DNA of 64,000 nucleotides, from the NCBI RefSeq assembly GCF_036321535.1, contig NC_087436.1, positions 115,260,001 to 115,324,000 of the forward strand. Direction: 5' to 3'. Shown here piece after piece: positions 12,052-25,429 of this stretch; the stretch's first letter is position 1, and each line of letters starts with the position of its first letter. The stretch comes from Camelus dromedarius. Its lineage: Eukaryota. Made by a program: the position numbers and the translations under genes. The notes under the pieces were generated by a model. That model did not search any database. It was given only the letters and a program-made list of their open reading frames with translations, and was not told the origin of the DNA.

Positions 12052-14559
12052 TGTACACCAGATAGGTTCTTAAAGGTGGTGCAGCTCATAGTTGTTTGGT
12101 CTAAATGTTTCCCATGTTCTCGTTCATCTTAATTGGTTCTTAATTTGAAAACTTGCGGTACCTGGCATGTTGGCTATGAGAGAGACATGTCAAGTGATTT
12201 CCTCACTGGTCAATGCATTATATTTACCAGGGCATTTTTTGAGAGCTCTCTCCAGGGATTATGGAGAACCGACTTCTCAAATATGTGCTGTCCAGACCGT
12301 GTCTTTAAGAGGTTCACTAACAGGTGAAAAGAAACACGTGACAATACAAGGTGGCCTGTACATAATAAACAAATGAATTCGGCCACTACAGGGAACAGAT
12401 TCAGAGGGGGAATATTTCTGGGATGCCTCATCTCAAAAGTAAGAACTGATGTAATAAAAATGATTATCCATATATACAATATGAATTTGGTAAAGTAATA
12501 ATTGGTCTACAATTCCAAAATTTCCATCAATAGCCCAAGTCTCTGGAAATTTCCTTTTGATGTTAGCTATTTGGGTTACATAATGGACCCTTTTATCCAA
12601 ACTTAAGAAATACCTTGGAGGGAAGCATGCAAAGCTGTTTCTTCCTTAGGCTGCTACATCGCATAACATAATTAACCAGAAAGTTACGAGGGATTTGCAG
12701 TTGTTTGGCAAAGTTAAGATTCGCAGGCAATGAAAAGACAACAACACAGGTTTGCATAGAGCCATCACCTCTTCCTGCAGGACTCAGCCTGCTGGAAGGT
12801 GAAGTCCCAGACTTGATAAGGGGAAAGAACTACAGTTCACAGAAGGAATCAACTTATCCCCCAAATAATCATTTTTAATCTTTAGAAACATTTCGAAATG
12901 CTTTCAATGATACTCTTGCTGATATTTTATCAAATGTTGGCCTCCCCATGCCAATTCTCTAATTCAGGGAATCGTACTTCAGGAAAAGAAAAAGTAAAGA
13001 AGTCACTTCTCTAAGATCTTTACTATTTTTTTTAATTAAGAAAATGAGATCCAGAGGGGTGAAATAACTTGTTTGTCACACACTTACTTTCTTTTAAATT
13101 ACAAGTTAGAACACATTTCTCGTCACACTTAGCCAGTGTTTTTCCAACTACACTTTGCTTCCTCTCCACATACTTCACTTTGTCATTTTTTTTTTTTTTA
13201 AATTTGAAATAAATGGTGCTTGGATAAGTTCCAAAGGCAAATGCACCTTCAGCTCCATTTCAGGAGTTCATCCTGTAATTGTCACACCTGATCTCTGTCC
13301 CAGTGCCTGAACCCAGTCACTGGAGATAATTTGAATTGACTGAAACTCCTCGAGTCAGCCATTGTGCCTCTTCATTCAAACTCTGCCATTGTGATGGGCA
13401 AGGTTAGCCACTGCCACTTTAAATTAGTGGTTTATATTGAGTCCTGGAGAATGGAAGTCTTTTCAGGGCAAAAGGATGATGAATCACATGGCAGGGAACA
13501 AATGTAACTGTGATTAATGGGACATTACACAACAACAAAAAAATAGAGCCAACTGTGTGCAGAGATAACCAGAACCACAAAGACTAACGTATTGTCTAAG
13601 TTGATGTAATTAACATCAAGCCCTTCCATAGCTTGGATGGCTGATCCTAGTGAGCCTTTCCGTTGTGCTGGTAATAATGACAAGGTTGTGGCTTCTTATT
13701 TTAAATCCCATCCTATTAAGGACCATTTTTCTCTAATGCTTGGCACTGATAAAATGTCAAAGACTCAGATATGGCAATTTGAAGTAGCACAATTATAAGC
13801 AACCGCTCTGATTCATCTAACTTTCCCTTTTTCCCTAGGAAGACAATAGAAGAAAAGACCAAACATTTGGCTTATGATATATGAGCTTCCTCAAATATTT
13901 CAATGAAGAAAGGCTCACTGATTAGCTTTTTTTTTTTTTGGTTGTTCTGGTTAGAAATTTACAGAAAAATGTGTTACAGTAACTCTGATGAAGGAAGATT
14001 TCCTTTTCTTATCATTACCTGATAGGATAACCTATCTTGTCTGACCATGAAAGCATGTTTCTCTCACTCATAGGAGGTAAGTCATTGTTTTGTCTATTAG
14101 AAGGAATGGCTGGTTTGGATACTCATGAAAGTATTATGGAGTCAGAAATTATTCTACATATTTAAAATAAAGAATACCAGCTTTGTGAATATTTTCATCC
14201 ATTGAAATCTGGTCCACATTCTTCAGTTAGCAACATTGGAAAGAGAGTCTGTATTTAAATATGCTTGCCAATCTCTTTGTAAAATTTGGAGGCTTTCCAA
14301 ATATTTGATACCTGCTCCATTTCATGTTTTTGGAATTGTTTGGCTACTCCCTTAGGTTAGCAGAACAACAAATATTTCCTCTAAAATTCTGAGATATGTA
14401 TATTTGGAACACCAACTTTTTTTCCCAAGTGTAAGGTCTGTTTTTCTCTTCCTGACTTTGAAATAATAATAGCATCTCATATTTTACAGTGCATTTATCC
14501 TTTACAAGTAACATTGACCATTTGATTTTACCAGAATAGATGTTAGAGAGTAAAGATGT

Positions 14560-14800
14560 GCTATGGGTGAAAAAGCATGGTCTCTGAGGTCATCTGTCTA
14601 TGTGTAAATGCGTAGCTTATAAGTAAACATGAGTAGTAGGTAAATTAGTACTTTCACATGGGTATTAGGTAACTTCTTTTATCTCTCCCAGTCTCATTTT
14701 TCTTGTCCATTAAAAGAGGATAATAATATTTACTTTATAGAAGTGCATGAAGACTGAAAGAGACCTTGTATACATGGTATGATATGAAAGCACTCGGTAA
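14560..14800 (+). mobile_element. MIR SINE
   Basis: Core 'gtctcatttttcttgtccattaaaagaggataataatatttactttatag'. Confidence 0.65.
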
Positions 14801-14899
14801 CACTTTCTTTCTACAACTTCCATCCCTTCTTTACAGGAAGAAAGTATTATGTTTTATTTACCTTTGTGTTTGCCAAGAAAGGAGAAAGCAGGAGATAAT

Positions 14900-15050
14900 G
14901 TAGCCTTTATTAAGAACCTACTATGATTCAAGCTCTGTCGTAGCTCATTTTGTATATATTAGATTATTTAAAAAGTCTCATCTCAATTTTTGCAAAGAAG
15001 GAAACCAGAGGTTGGGAATATTAAGTAAATGGTATGAGGTGAAATAGTGC
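14900..15050 (-). mobile_element. MIR SINE fragment
   Basis: 'ctttattaagaacctactatg...tttttgcaaagaaggaaaccagaggttggga'. Confidence 0.55.
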
Positions 15051-18000
15051 CCGGGCCAGTGCTTTAAGTTGAACAAATGCTTTTCGAAATGAAACTTGAA
15101 ATGCAAGTTTGATGAGACACTATGAGTGAGCTTCAGTCTGTATCTCACTCAGGGCGCCACGCCGAATTTCAGAACAGGCACAAGGTCCTGCAGACTCAGG
15201 CAGCTCCGGCCACACAGTTCTACTTGAATTACGCCATGGTTGAGAAATCCTACCCTGGATTCAAGTACTGCATCATGAGGAAGCAGGACCAAGTCTCCGT
15301 CAAGTGATTTTACTGCTTTTTATGCCTGTGAAAACAGCTTCGTATAGTGAGGATTACAAATGCAAGTCATGAGTTAAGAGTTCTATTTACATATTTCCCA
15401 TTGATTTACTGCGTGTGGCTCCCTATTCATTGCTTCAGCCCCAACAATGAACATTTACTGAGAAGCCTAGGCATGTAACTGTAAAGGAGGCGTTAAGGAA
15501 ACGGGGGTTTTCCATATCAGCTCGGACCACTTGTGCACCTCCACAAACACTATTCACCTCAGTGTTCATTTGCCCTTTGCAGATACAAAGAAAAATATAA
15601 ATTCTCCAATTTCCCATTTATGTTATGGCTATACTATGCCACAGCGTCGGCATCTAAGTGCTACATGTGCCGTTGGCCAAGTATTAAATAATGCATATAA
15701 ATTAATAATGTGTGGTAATAAAATGTTCTTTATCACCATTATATTTATACTGCTTTATTAATCTTTCTTTCGCTTGCTTGCTTTATTCTTTTCTTTCTGC
15801 CAGCCATTTGGCCCCAAATGTTGTACTAATTATTCGCCAAATCTCAGTTACCATCTCTCACCCATTTCTAGCTTATTTTTCTTCCCTGTCGCGGTCCTAG
15901 CTCCTTTTTATCTTAATCTTAGGTTGGTATTTTTTGCTGTCTCTTTCATCTCCTCTTCAATTAGTCTCTTTTCTCTTCTTCTCTACTAAATATTTTCTGC
16001 TCTCTTAAAAAAAAACAAAAGTGTTCCCAGAGTGTTATAAAAATACAGAGGGGAATGGGAAAAGGGCAGATGACTGTCAAATTCATAGCTACTTTCTTTA
16101 ATTCTCTTCTGTAAAATTACTGGAAGTATTTCCAAGGAATGGACAGTGGTGATAACCCGACAGCCCATACCTTAGGGAAGAAGGGAGACTTACACAAACC
16201 ACGTACCCTTCAGGGCATGGAGCATAAGGCTGCGAGGCTGATGGGTAGGAAAGGCCTTTGAGATTCAACTGAACATTTTCTTGGGAAGCTGCGAACATGA
16301 AGGTCAGTCTTGCCGCTGCTGGGTTCCTCACTGCCTTCAGAATAAGGTTTGGCTCTTAGCTCTTTATTCTCATTATTTATATTTTAGACCCAACTGTTCT
16401 CTGCAGCCGGTTGAGACACCTCGTAGTCCCCAAAGGCACCATGTGGTTTCATGTCCTTATGTCTTCACATCTAACACTCTTTCTGTTAAGAAGACTCCCT
16501 GTGCCTGGTTCTCTGCCTAAAACATTTCCGTCCATCTTTAAATATTTAGTGAAGGAAAGTCCCCTCCGTTGTGCTTCCATATCCCGGGTACTCAATTATC
16601 TGAACACGTCTGTCTGTCGCTTACGTTTTGTAACATGTCATGAACTTTTAGTGTGAGTTGGCCCTGTGGCTTTTGCCTTTTATCTCTAGCACCAATCACG
16701 TGATTTTGCCCAGTAGATGGACAATGAATAGTAGCTAATCCAATACATGGATAGAAACAAAAAGTGTAAAAATTGCCAGGAAGAAGGGAGGTCCGAATGC
16801 AGTGCACTCCTGGTGTACAAATGTTGCAATGGGAAAAAAAAGCAGAGTGTTAGTTTGCCACGAAATACCTTCACACGCATGGGAAAAATAATATAGCAAC
16901 TAACTACAAAGTATGGGAAGAAACTTGTCATTTTTTTTTCATTTCTAACATTTGGATTTATAATTGGTCATCAAATTTTTTTTGTTAAATAAAATAATTT
17001 CTTCCCTGAAGGTAATTTCATTATTATTATTAAGTTTGGTTCTTCTGAAGGGAATTAGAACTAAATTCTCCTTATGTACACGTAAAATTCATTTATTGCA
17101 TGAGCTGAACTAGTGTCACTTTACTCTTTCCTTGCCAATGTCTTTCCAAAACACTTTACTTGAGTGAATAAATAAAGGTAGGAGAGTTAAGGTAGAGAAA
17201 AAAAATCTCTCTTGCCTTTTAAAGTTTTAATTTGGCCCAAGTGTTCTTTGTAAGTGGCTAATTCCCTTCTTTTACGCTGTGTTTTATTTGTGAGGGCGTG
17301 GTTTTTTGGAGTGCCTATGTGATTTCTCTCAATTCCAGTTGTCTTGGTCTAGGTAATCACTCATTTCAGCCTCTTACCTCTTACCTCTCACACCCTCGCT
17401 TCCCATCATTCTTCCCATTTGTTGCGTCACCTTACCCCTGCAGGTTGATTTCTTGGATGGATTCTTCAAGACCACTCTGTCTACCTCCCTTCCACAGGGT
17501 CCACATATGGCCCAACTGGAAATGCTTTGCTAGACTCTCTTGTCACAGGCTGTTCTCAGTGTACTCCATGTCTCCTCTATGCTGCTGGTTGAAAGGACTT
17601 TTCCAAGCAAATGTCAAAAGCCATTTGCTATGGCCCTTTTCCTCCTGGCAATGCACTTCAAGCTTTCTAAATGGTCACTCGGTTTGAGTAACTAGAACAC
17701 TTCTCATCTGAACTTCCATATTGGTATTGGCCGATGGGCCGTGGCTGACTGGTGATTAATTTCAAAGAAATCTCATGGTTATAAGTCATCAGTGATTTTT
17801 CCCTCAGGTACAAAGAGATGTTTCCTTATCACTGGCTCTGTTCCTTAATCCCACCACTGAGCTGATCTGGTTGAAACAGATCATCCTTTACTTGTGACCA
17901 GAAAGAAGAATATTTTGTATTTTGAGTGGCACTAAGGTAGGATTCAACCTGAGTTCCCACTGATACCTTATAAGGGCAATGCTCCTCTTTATAGGCATTT

Positions 18001-18086
18001 AGCTGGACAGAGACTTCTGTGTTAGCAGGGTGGTCAACAATCTATAGCCAACCGTAACGTTTTTTTATCAGTGCTAAAAAAAATTG

Positions 18087-18550
18087 AGTATCTGTTAGCA
18101 TCCGCTGCATAACAAACCCCTCTAAAAGTGATGGCTTCACAAAACAACCATTGATTCACAGCTCTGCAGATTAGTAATTTGGACTGGGCCTGGGCCTGGC
18201 TGGGTAATTTTTCTAGTCTGTTAGACTCACTCATGCAGCTGTGATCAGCTACCAGTTTTGCTGGGGCATCTCAGTAGAACCACCATCTCTGCTCCATATG
18301 ACACTGCATCCTCTGGTGCTTCAGCCTGGACTTCTTCACATGTTGGTGACAAGGGTCTAAGAGAAAGCAGAGAGACAGTAGATGCACCCAGGTTCCCTCG
18401 AGCCACACTGTCCCTTTCACTGCATTTTCTTGCCAAAGCAAGTCGCAAAGCTAGCTTGGGTTTTAGCGGAGTGGAAGTAGATGGCCCTTTGTGATGGGAC
18501 ATGCATTCAGCAAGGGGAATCATTGTAGCTGTTTTGTAAGCAACCTGTTG
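18087..18550 (-). mobile_element. MaLR LTR (MLT1G/H-like)
   Basis: 'gctgcataacaaacccctctaaaagtgatggctt', 'ctcactcatgcagctgtgatcagct', 'tgccaaagcaagtcgcaaagctagc'. Confidence 0.8.
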
Positions 18551-21500
18551 CAGCCTGGCTAGGATAGCTCTCTTTATCCTGTCTCTATGTCTATACATCC
18601 TTTTATCATTGGCCACGAAATCTACTGGCTGCAAATTATGAATAAGTTTTACATACCAGATGTAAAACTCACTCAGATCATTTATGGCTCATTTAACAAA
18701 ACAGAGAGGTAAAAGCTCAAATTTGGAGCTAAAATCTAACAGTCTCTAATGTTCTGTGGTTGTATGTTTTGTGAGTCCATTTTTGAAACAATAATATTTT
18801 GAATTTTGTTTTATGAATATTATGTGGCTATTTCCACATCTCTTTAAAATTGAATAATTTTCTTACCATTCTCTAATTATAAGGATTTCCTTTACTTCAC
18901 CTAAGAAATGTTCAACAGAGTTTTACTGACAAATATCAGATATAAACTTATTTATAAAGTTTATCAATTGAAATATAATGTGTCTGTAAGTTACCATTTT
19001 GTGTTGTTCTTTACATGTTAGATTAGAAAATACTCAAAGACATGATTTTATACTTACATTCTCTAGAGTTCCCTTTTATTTGAAAAGATTTCTATATGCA
19101 TTTTACATGCACCAAATTATTCTACCAACACCAGTAAATCAGTTGATCTCTTTATATATCTAATTTATAATAGCCCATAATTAAATGGACAAAAGGTTAA
19201 AAACTTCCAAAATCTAAACCAAGAGAATATATTTTGATTCCTTGCACAATTCTTTCTACTAAGTCACTTATAAATAACTTGCACATTTATCCCTCTACCT
19301 CTAGTCTCCCATGCCCATGCACTTAAGAGAACCAAGGCACTGGAAAACATCCATTTAGGATAGGAACTAGAAAAGAGAACAGACAGTAGACAGTTTCAAC
19401 CAGGGGGTTCAAGATCATTTTGATGCTACTGCCTTGTTTCAGTGTTTCTTCTTTGAAATATTTAGTATTCTGGATTACTTACTGCTTTGACATCAAACAG
19501 CTGCCCAACACTTCAAACATTCTCTGAGCATTAAGACTTGACCATCGCCTCATCCATAAGTGTGACTTAGATCCTCAAGTGTACTGAAAATCTTAGTACC
19601 ATTTGTTACACGATACTATTTGGAATCTAAGTGGCTGCCAAGAAACAATGCTTCTATGTTCTTTTCCTAGATTTTGATTCAATTGAGCAGGCATCTGAAG
19701 GTGGAAATGCTTAATAGGTTCTTGAGCCCCCTAAGGCCATTGACTGGCAGTGTCTGGGAGACAGAATAAACAAAAGTCTTCCTTACAACCCACACCAGGT
19801 CTGAGGACAGACTCTTGGCATACTACTCCACCATTTCAGTAAGGGAAGGCAATGTCCTTACCCTTGTAAAGATTTTACTGGTACAGAAACTTTGGGTCTT
19901 TGATGGATGCATACGTTTATTTTACCTTACTTGGGATATCAAAGAATGTATCATTACATAATATATGCACAGAAATAAGCAAGATTGCAAAACAAATGGA
20001 CATTAAACAAGAGGTTTGTAGATCACAAATTTTCTACTTCAATATACATTTAGGAAAGTCTCAGCAATTGAGCCATTCATTCCTAAAGACCGAAGTTCAA
20101 AATCCCATATGTCTTATGTGACCTTGTGAAAAGACACTATCATATGGTGAGATGTGAAAGGCTCCTTTTGGGTACTTTCCCAAAGGTTATTCCAAGTAGT
20201 TCCATTTGTATAAAATTTTAGGTCTCCTCATCTTAGATGCTTGGAGGAATATGATAACTCAGGAAATTTGGATGCAACTCCTTTTGTTAGCTTCTTTAAT
20301 TCCTCTTTTGGAGTGAGATTTGATTTTAACCTCAGAGAAACTTAGTAAAATTTAGATACAATTAGAATTATTAGCCCTAGAGAACCCGACAAACTTCTCA
20401 GCATCGTATTAAACCAACAACAAAACCCTTTTGGGTCTACATGGGAAATTTAACCTAAATGAATTAGCTGATTAGGCGACATTCTTTAGATAAAAGAATG
20501 ATTCAATTCCATTTGCACACAAGGACATCTACTGTGTTCAGGGGACTGCACTGAACCATAAGTATAGATAAATTGATAAGATGAGGAATATGCTATCCAG
20601 GAGAACACAGATTAATTGAGAAGAGATATGTCCGTATGTAGCTTTAATTTATCAAAGACTAATTAATTAATTAGCCAATCATTGTTATTGAGTACCTTCG
20701 TGAAGCTCCAGTTCGACTGCCCAGCCGTATTTCGACTGCAACAAAGGGAGGCAAAGCAACAGCAAAGGCAGACAGCCCGGGTTTTCAATGGTCTTGTCTT
20801 CTGCATAAATGCTGCATTACCTTGGGCAAGTTCACCAGCTTCTCTTCGCATTAGTGAAGGCTACAAACACACGAGACTGAGTCTTGTGTCTGACTTGGGG
20901 GGGCAGTTTGTAACTGTTGCTTTTCTCTCACCTCCTTCACACAGTCTTTGGTGGAAACTTCCAGTGAAATGGAGACTACATTTGGACAAGGCAGTGCTTT
21001 TTTTATAATCATCATTCTTCCCAAAGAGAAGCACTACTTATTTACAGAATTTATATTTCTTCTTTTTAGTCAAATTTAGCCTTATTTTACCTATCTTTCC
21101 CCTGTTTCCATGACTGTCCTCTGTACTTATAAATGTATCCCCAACTGTCATTATAGTTCTGGTGCAGGGCTGTGATAAAGTTGTCCTTGGTTATTAAAAT
21201 AATGAAAAGTTAAGATAATGTAAGTATTTCTTCTAAAGCAAAATGTGTTAGCGGACTGTCTTTTATTCCAAGGATATGCAATTGGTAAATGTGTAATTGC
21301 TATCATTCTCACATTAAGATAACTTTTAATTTATAACACCATGCCAGGGTTTTCTCTGTGTATGTGTATAAATACATATATATATATATAAAATCGTAAA
21401 TATTTATATATAAAATTATGGCAAAAAATGCTCGCAGCACTTTATCAGTCTCTCATTTGTCTCACATTAATGATTCACAAATTCTGAAACTCAGAACCAC

Positions 21501-21844
21501 TGAAGCAAACAGGTTAAGGATCCCACACTTTCACATATCTGACTTGCAGATTCGATTTGCAAAAAAAATATCATTAGATCATTGCCTCTTCGTCTTTTCT
21601 CCAAGGTAAACATGGCTTATTTTTCATCGACGACTGTGGCAAGGCAGCTTTCAGTTCTGTATCATGGCCACTATCCTTCCCACTTTATATATTAAACTCC
21701 TTTGCAGACTGTAATGTCCACGATCGCTTCCTGGAAGGTTGCTCTTTCTCTCTCATTGTCATTTGCTTTGTGCTGGTTCTGCTCATGATATGCTTTCCCT
21801 GCTCATCTCAACCAAAGTCTTACTAGCCTTCAATAGTAAGAACT

Positions 21845-21985
21845 GGGGAGAGGGTATAGCTCGATGGTAGAGTGCATGCTTAGCATGCATGAGGTCTTGG
21901 GTTCAATCCCCAGTACCCCTATTTAAATAAATAATTAAGTAAGCCTAACTACCCACCCATATCAAAAAGAAAAAAATTAAAAGAG
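21845..21985 (+). mobile_element. tRNA-Ala(AGC)-derived SINE (camelid Vic-1 type)
   Basis: 'gggtatagctcgatggtagagtgcatgcttagcatgcatgaggtcttgggttcaatccccagtacc' is a tRNA-Ala head with A and B boxes, followed by an AT-rich body and A-tail. Confidence 0.9.
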
Positions 21986-22074
21986 GAATACCATTTTTCA
22001 CGTTAGTACTAGTAACATAGTCTTGTGCCAAACACTGCAAGAGGTGGTTCCCTACCTAAGAGTTTTCCATCTCC

Positions 22075-22200
22075 ACTCAACGGTTTTACACGTGGGGAAA
22101 TCAAGACTCAGAGTGTAAGTTAACTGCCCGAGTGCAGACAGCTGTAAGCGCCAGGGCAAGGAACTCCATTCAGGCTTTTGCATTAAAGCGTGCGTCTTCA
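22075..22200 (-). mobile_element. MIR fragment
   Basis: 'ttttacacgtggggaaatcaagactcagagtgtaagttaactgcccgagtgcagacagctgtaag'. Confidence 0.65.
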
Positions 22201-23024
22201 GTTTTATTGCCCTGTGGGACTGGCGACTGCCTGGTGGGTCTGTGGAGCAGAAGAGATAGTTTAGATGTGCTGCTTGAGCCCGTCTTGACGCTGAGCTTGT
22301 CCCAGATCACTCTGATCCTTTTCTTTCTCCGGGCTGGCAGTGTTTTTCTGTTTGTTTGTTTCTGTGCAGGAGAATGCCCCTGTACAAACTCTCCCATCTC
22401 TTCTCTGTGGCGGTGTTCCTCTTTTTTCTATTTCCATTGTCCATGGAGGGGTGTGGTACATAGTCCATGGAGCGGAAAGCCCATCCTTCCCGTCTTAAGG
22501 GCTCTTAACTTTATACTCTTTTCTCACGTTCTCCCACATCAGTCTCAGGGCCTATGGAATGGACTTGCAGGCCACTTTACAAATGTCCGTCCCATTCTGT
22601 TTTCATATTTGTTTAATGTGAAGACTGCAGAACCGGAATCTGCCCTTCAGATTGCTTTTCATTTCTATTGAGGGCGTAGATTTGAAATGAGCAAAGGAGA
22701 ATTTTGTTTGCCCATTCAAAGAGGAAATTTCAGGAAGAAGTGAATTGAAGATTCCAAGAATTATCTTTAGTGATACAGGGTCTTACAAATCCTTTCAAAC
22801 CTTAAAAAAGAATAAATACAGATTATAAAAATTGCTTATACATATTGGAAACTACAGCTTAAAATAAAAACAAGTATAATTAGGGCTATATATATATAAA
22901 TAAAATCATATATTTTATGTATAAATTACATAGGCATTATTTGTTATATAGTCCTGATTATGCATGATTATTTGTTATACATGTTTTTGTATATATTTGT
23001 GTCCATAATCCTACTAACTAGAGC

Positions 23025-23192
23025 CGTTTTCTGCAGCTCACCTGCACCCAAGGCACCTGGGGGATTGTGCAAAAATGCAGATTCATTTTGGGCCCCTCCT
23101 CATGTCCATTGATTCAGAAAGTGTAGGACGATGTACAAGGAAACTGCTCTTGAGACAAGTACCTTAGGTGAGCTCAAGTTTAAAAATACATG
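23025..23192 (+). mobile_element. MER5A/MER5A1-like hAT element
   Basis: 'cacctgggggattgtgcaaaaatgcagatt...gggcccc...gattcagaa...caagtttaaaaatacatg'. Confidence 0.6.
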
Positions 23193-23328
23193 ATGTAAAA
23201 ATATCCATTGAAAAACGGATTTTGGAGCATTTTCATTTAAGCTCTTTTATGCATCCTCTTTCAAAACTAAATCTGTCACTTAATAATGCATAAAAGCCTT
23301 ATCACATGACTGGCAAATCACTGTAAAC

Positions 23329-25140
23329 CAACAGAACAGAACTGAGAGCCCAGAAAGAAACCCATGCATATATAGTCAACTAATATTTGGCATAGAAGCC
23401 AAGAATACTCAATGGAGAAAAAAACAACAAATGAAACTATATATAGAACAGAAACAGACCCACAGACGTAGAATAAAGACGTGTGGTTGCCGGGGAGAGG
23501 AGGGTGGGAAGGGATAAACTGGGAGTTCAAGATCTGCAGATATTGACTGGTATATATAAAACAGGTAAACAAGTTTATACTGTATGGCACAGGGAAATAT
23601 ATTCAATATCTTGTAGTAGCTTATGGTGAAAAAGAATGTGAAAATGAATATATGTATATCCATGTATGACTGAAGCATTGTGCTGTATACCAGAAATTGA
23701 CACAACATTGTAAACTGACTATACCTCAAAAAAAAAAAAAGTACTCAGTGGGGAAAAGATAGTCTTTTTTAATAAATAGTGCCAGGAAATTTGGATATTC
23801 ACATATAAAGAAATAAAACTAGAGCTCTATTTTACACTAGTCACAGAAATTAATTCAAAGTAGATTAAAGGCTTAAATGTAAGACCAGAAACCATAAAAC
23901 TCTTAGAAGAAAATATAGAAAACTGTTTCCTGACATGGACCTGGGGAATGATTTTTTTGGATATGACACATAAAGCACAAGAAACAAAATTAAAATTAAA
24001 CAAGTAGGACTATGTCAAATTGAAAGGCTCTGTACACCAAAAGAAACAATCAACAAAAAGACAACCTAACAAATGGGAAAAAATTATATTAGGAAACCAT
24101 ATATGTGATAAGGAGTTAATATACAAAATGTATAAAGAACTTAGACAATTAAATAGCAAAAATAAACAAGTAAATAATAATTATAAAATTTAAAATAGGC
24201 AAAGGACCTGAATAGACACTTTTCCAAAGAAAGTATGAGAATGGCCAAAAGGTACGTAAAAAGATGCTCAATGTGGCTAACCCTTAGAAAATTGTAAATT
24301 AAAACCACAGTAAGACATTACCTCATACTTGTTAGAAAGTTCATCATCAAAAAGGCAAGAGATACAAATGCTGGCATGGATGTGGAAAAGAGGGGATCCT
24401 TGAGTACCATTGGTGGAACTGTAAACTGGTATAACCATTAGGAAAACAATATGGAGTTTCCTCAAAAACTGAAAAAAAACTTGAACTACCATATAAGCTA
24501 GCAACACAACTTCTGGGAATATATCCGAAGGAGACAAAAACACTATGTTGGAGAGATTTCTGCACACCTACGTTCATTTGCACCATTATGTACAATGGCC
24601 AAGACATGGGAACAACCCGAGTCCATTTAACAGATGGTTCCTGCTATTTACAACAGCATGGATAAACCTCAAGGACGTTATGCTACATGAAATAAATCAG
24701 ACAGAGAAAGACAAATACTGTATAATCTTACTTATGTGTGGAATCTAAAAAACAAAACAAAAAAAAAAACAAATTTTGAGAAAAAGAGATCAGATTGGTG
24801 GTTGCCATAGGTAGGGGATGGAGGGAGCAGGACTTCATGAATATGGTCAAAAGGTACAAACCCCCAGCTGTAAGATAAATAAGGTCTAGGGATTTAATGA
24901 ACAACTTGTTGACATATCATTAACGTTGCTCCATGAAATATTTGGAAGTTATTAAGAGAGTAGATCCTAAGAGTTCTCATCATAAAGAAAAAATTTTGCG
25001 TGTGACTAGATGAGATGATGAATGTAAATCAAACACCGTGGTAATCTTTTCACAATATATGCAAATCAGGTCGTTATGATGTATACCTTAAACTTATACA
25101 GTGCTGGACATCAATTATATGCCAATAAAACTGGAAAAAG
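23329..25140 (+). mobile_element. Older L1 3' portion (ORF2 end + L1MA9-like 3'UTR)
   Basis: Starts 'aacagaactgagagcccagaaagaaacccatgc'; 3'UTR 'agagagtagatcctaagagttctcatca'; ends 'caataaaactggaaaaa'. Confidence 0.88.
23421..23740 (+). mobile_element. Young camelid L1 3' tail nested in the older L1
   Basis: 'gggagttcaagatctgcagata...ttgtaaactgactatacctcaaaaaaaa'; degenerate TSD aatactcaatggagaaa / agtactcagtggggaaa. Confidence 0.9.
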
Positions 25141-25150
25141 TTATATCCGG

Positions 25151-25425
25151 GTGCAAAAAGGGGAAAAAGTGCAGATTCTTCCTACACCTCTATTCAGATC
25201 CACGGCGTCAGAAATGTTAGGACTGTAGACCAAGAATCTGCACTTTAGGTAGTTTCCTTAGCTGCACTCAAGTTTAAGAACACGTGATGTAGAAATACCT
25301 GCTTTTTAAAAATATTCTGGAGTATTTCTGTCTAAATTCTGGTGCATGTTTTCAAAACTCTATTCTGTGCTCATCAGCTAACATTGCACTTAAAAAAATC
25401 ACATGACTGGCAGATCACTGTAAAC
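25151..25425 (+). repeat. Diverged direct duplicate of 23067-23328 (partial MER5A + flank)
   Basis: Colinear shared blocks: gtgcaaaaa, tgcagattc, tcagaaa, ctcaagtttaa, tgatgta.aaata, tttcaaaact, atcacatgactggca.atcactgtaaac. Confidence 0.8.
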
Positions 25426-25429
25426 ACCA

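Noticed and set aside
16193..16289. Minus-strand AG...GTAAGT-bounded frame ending CPEGYVVC
   Set aside because: The CPEGY resemblance to EGF or Nav-channel loops is too short and the flanking residues do not fit.
21845..21920. tRNA-Ala(AGC) gene
   Set aside because: Mutated stems plus an AT-rich body and A-tail mark it as a SINE head; the same applies at 50142-50260.
22132..22671. Longest ORF (179 aa)
   Set aside because: Non-ATG start inside a MIR, Leu/Phe/Ser-rich low-information composition, no domain.
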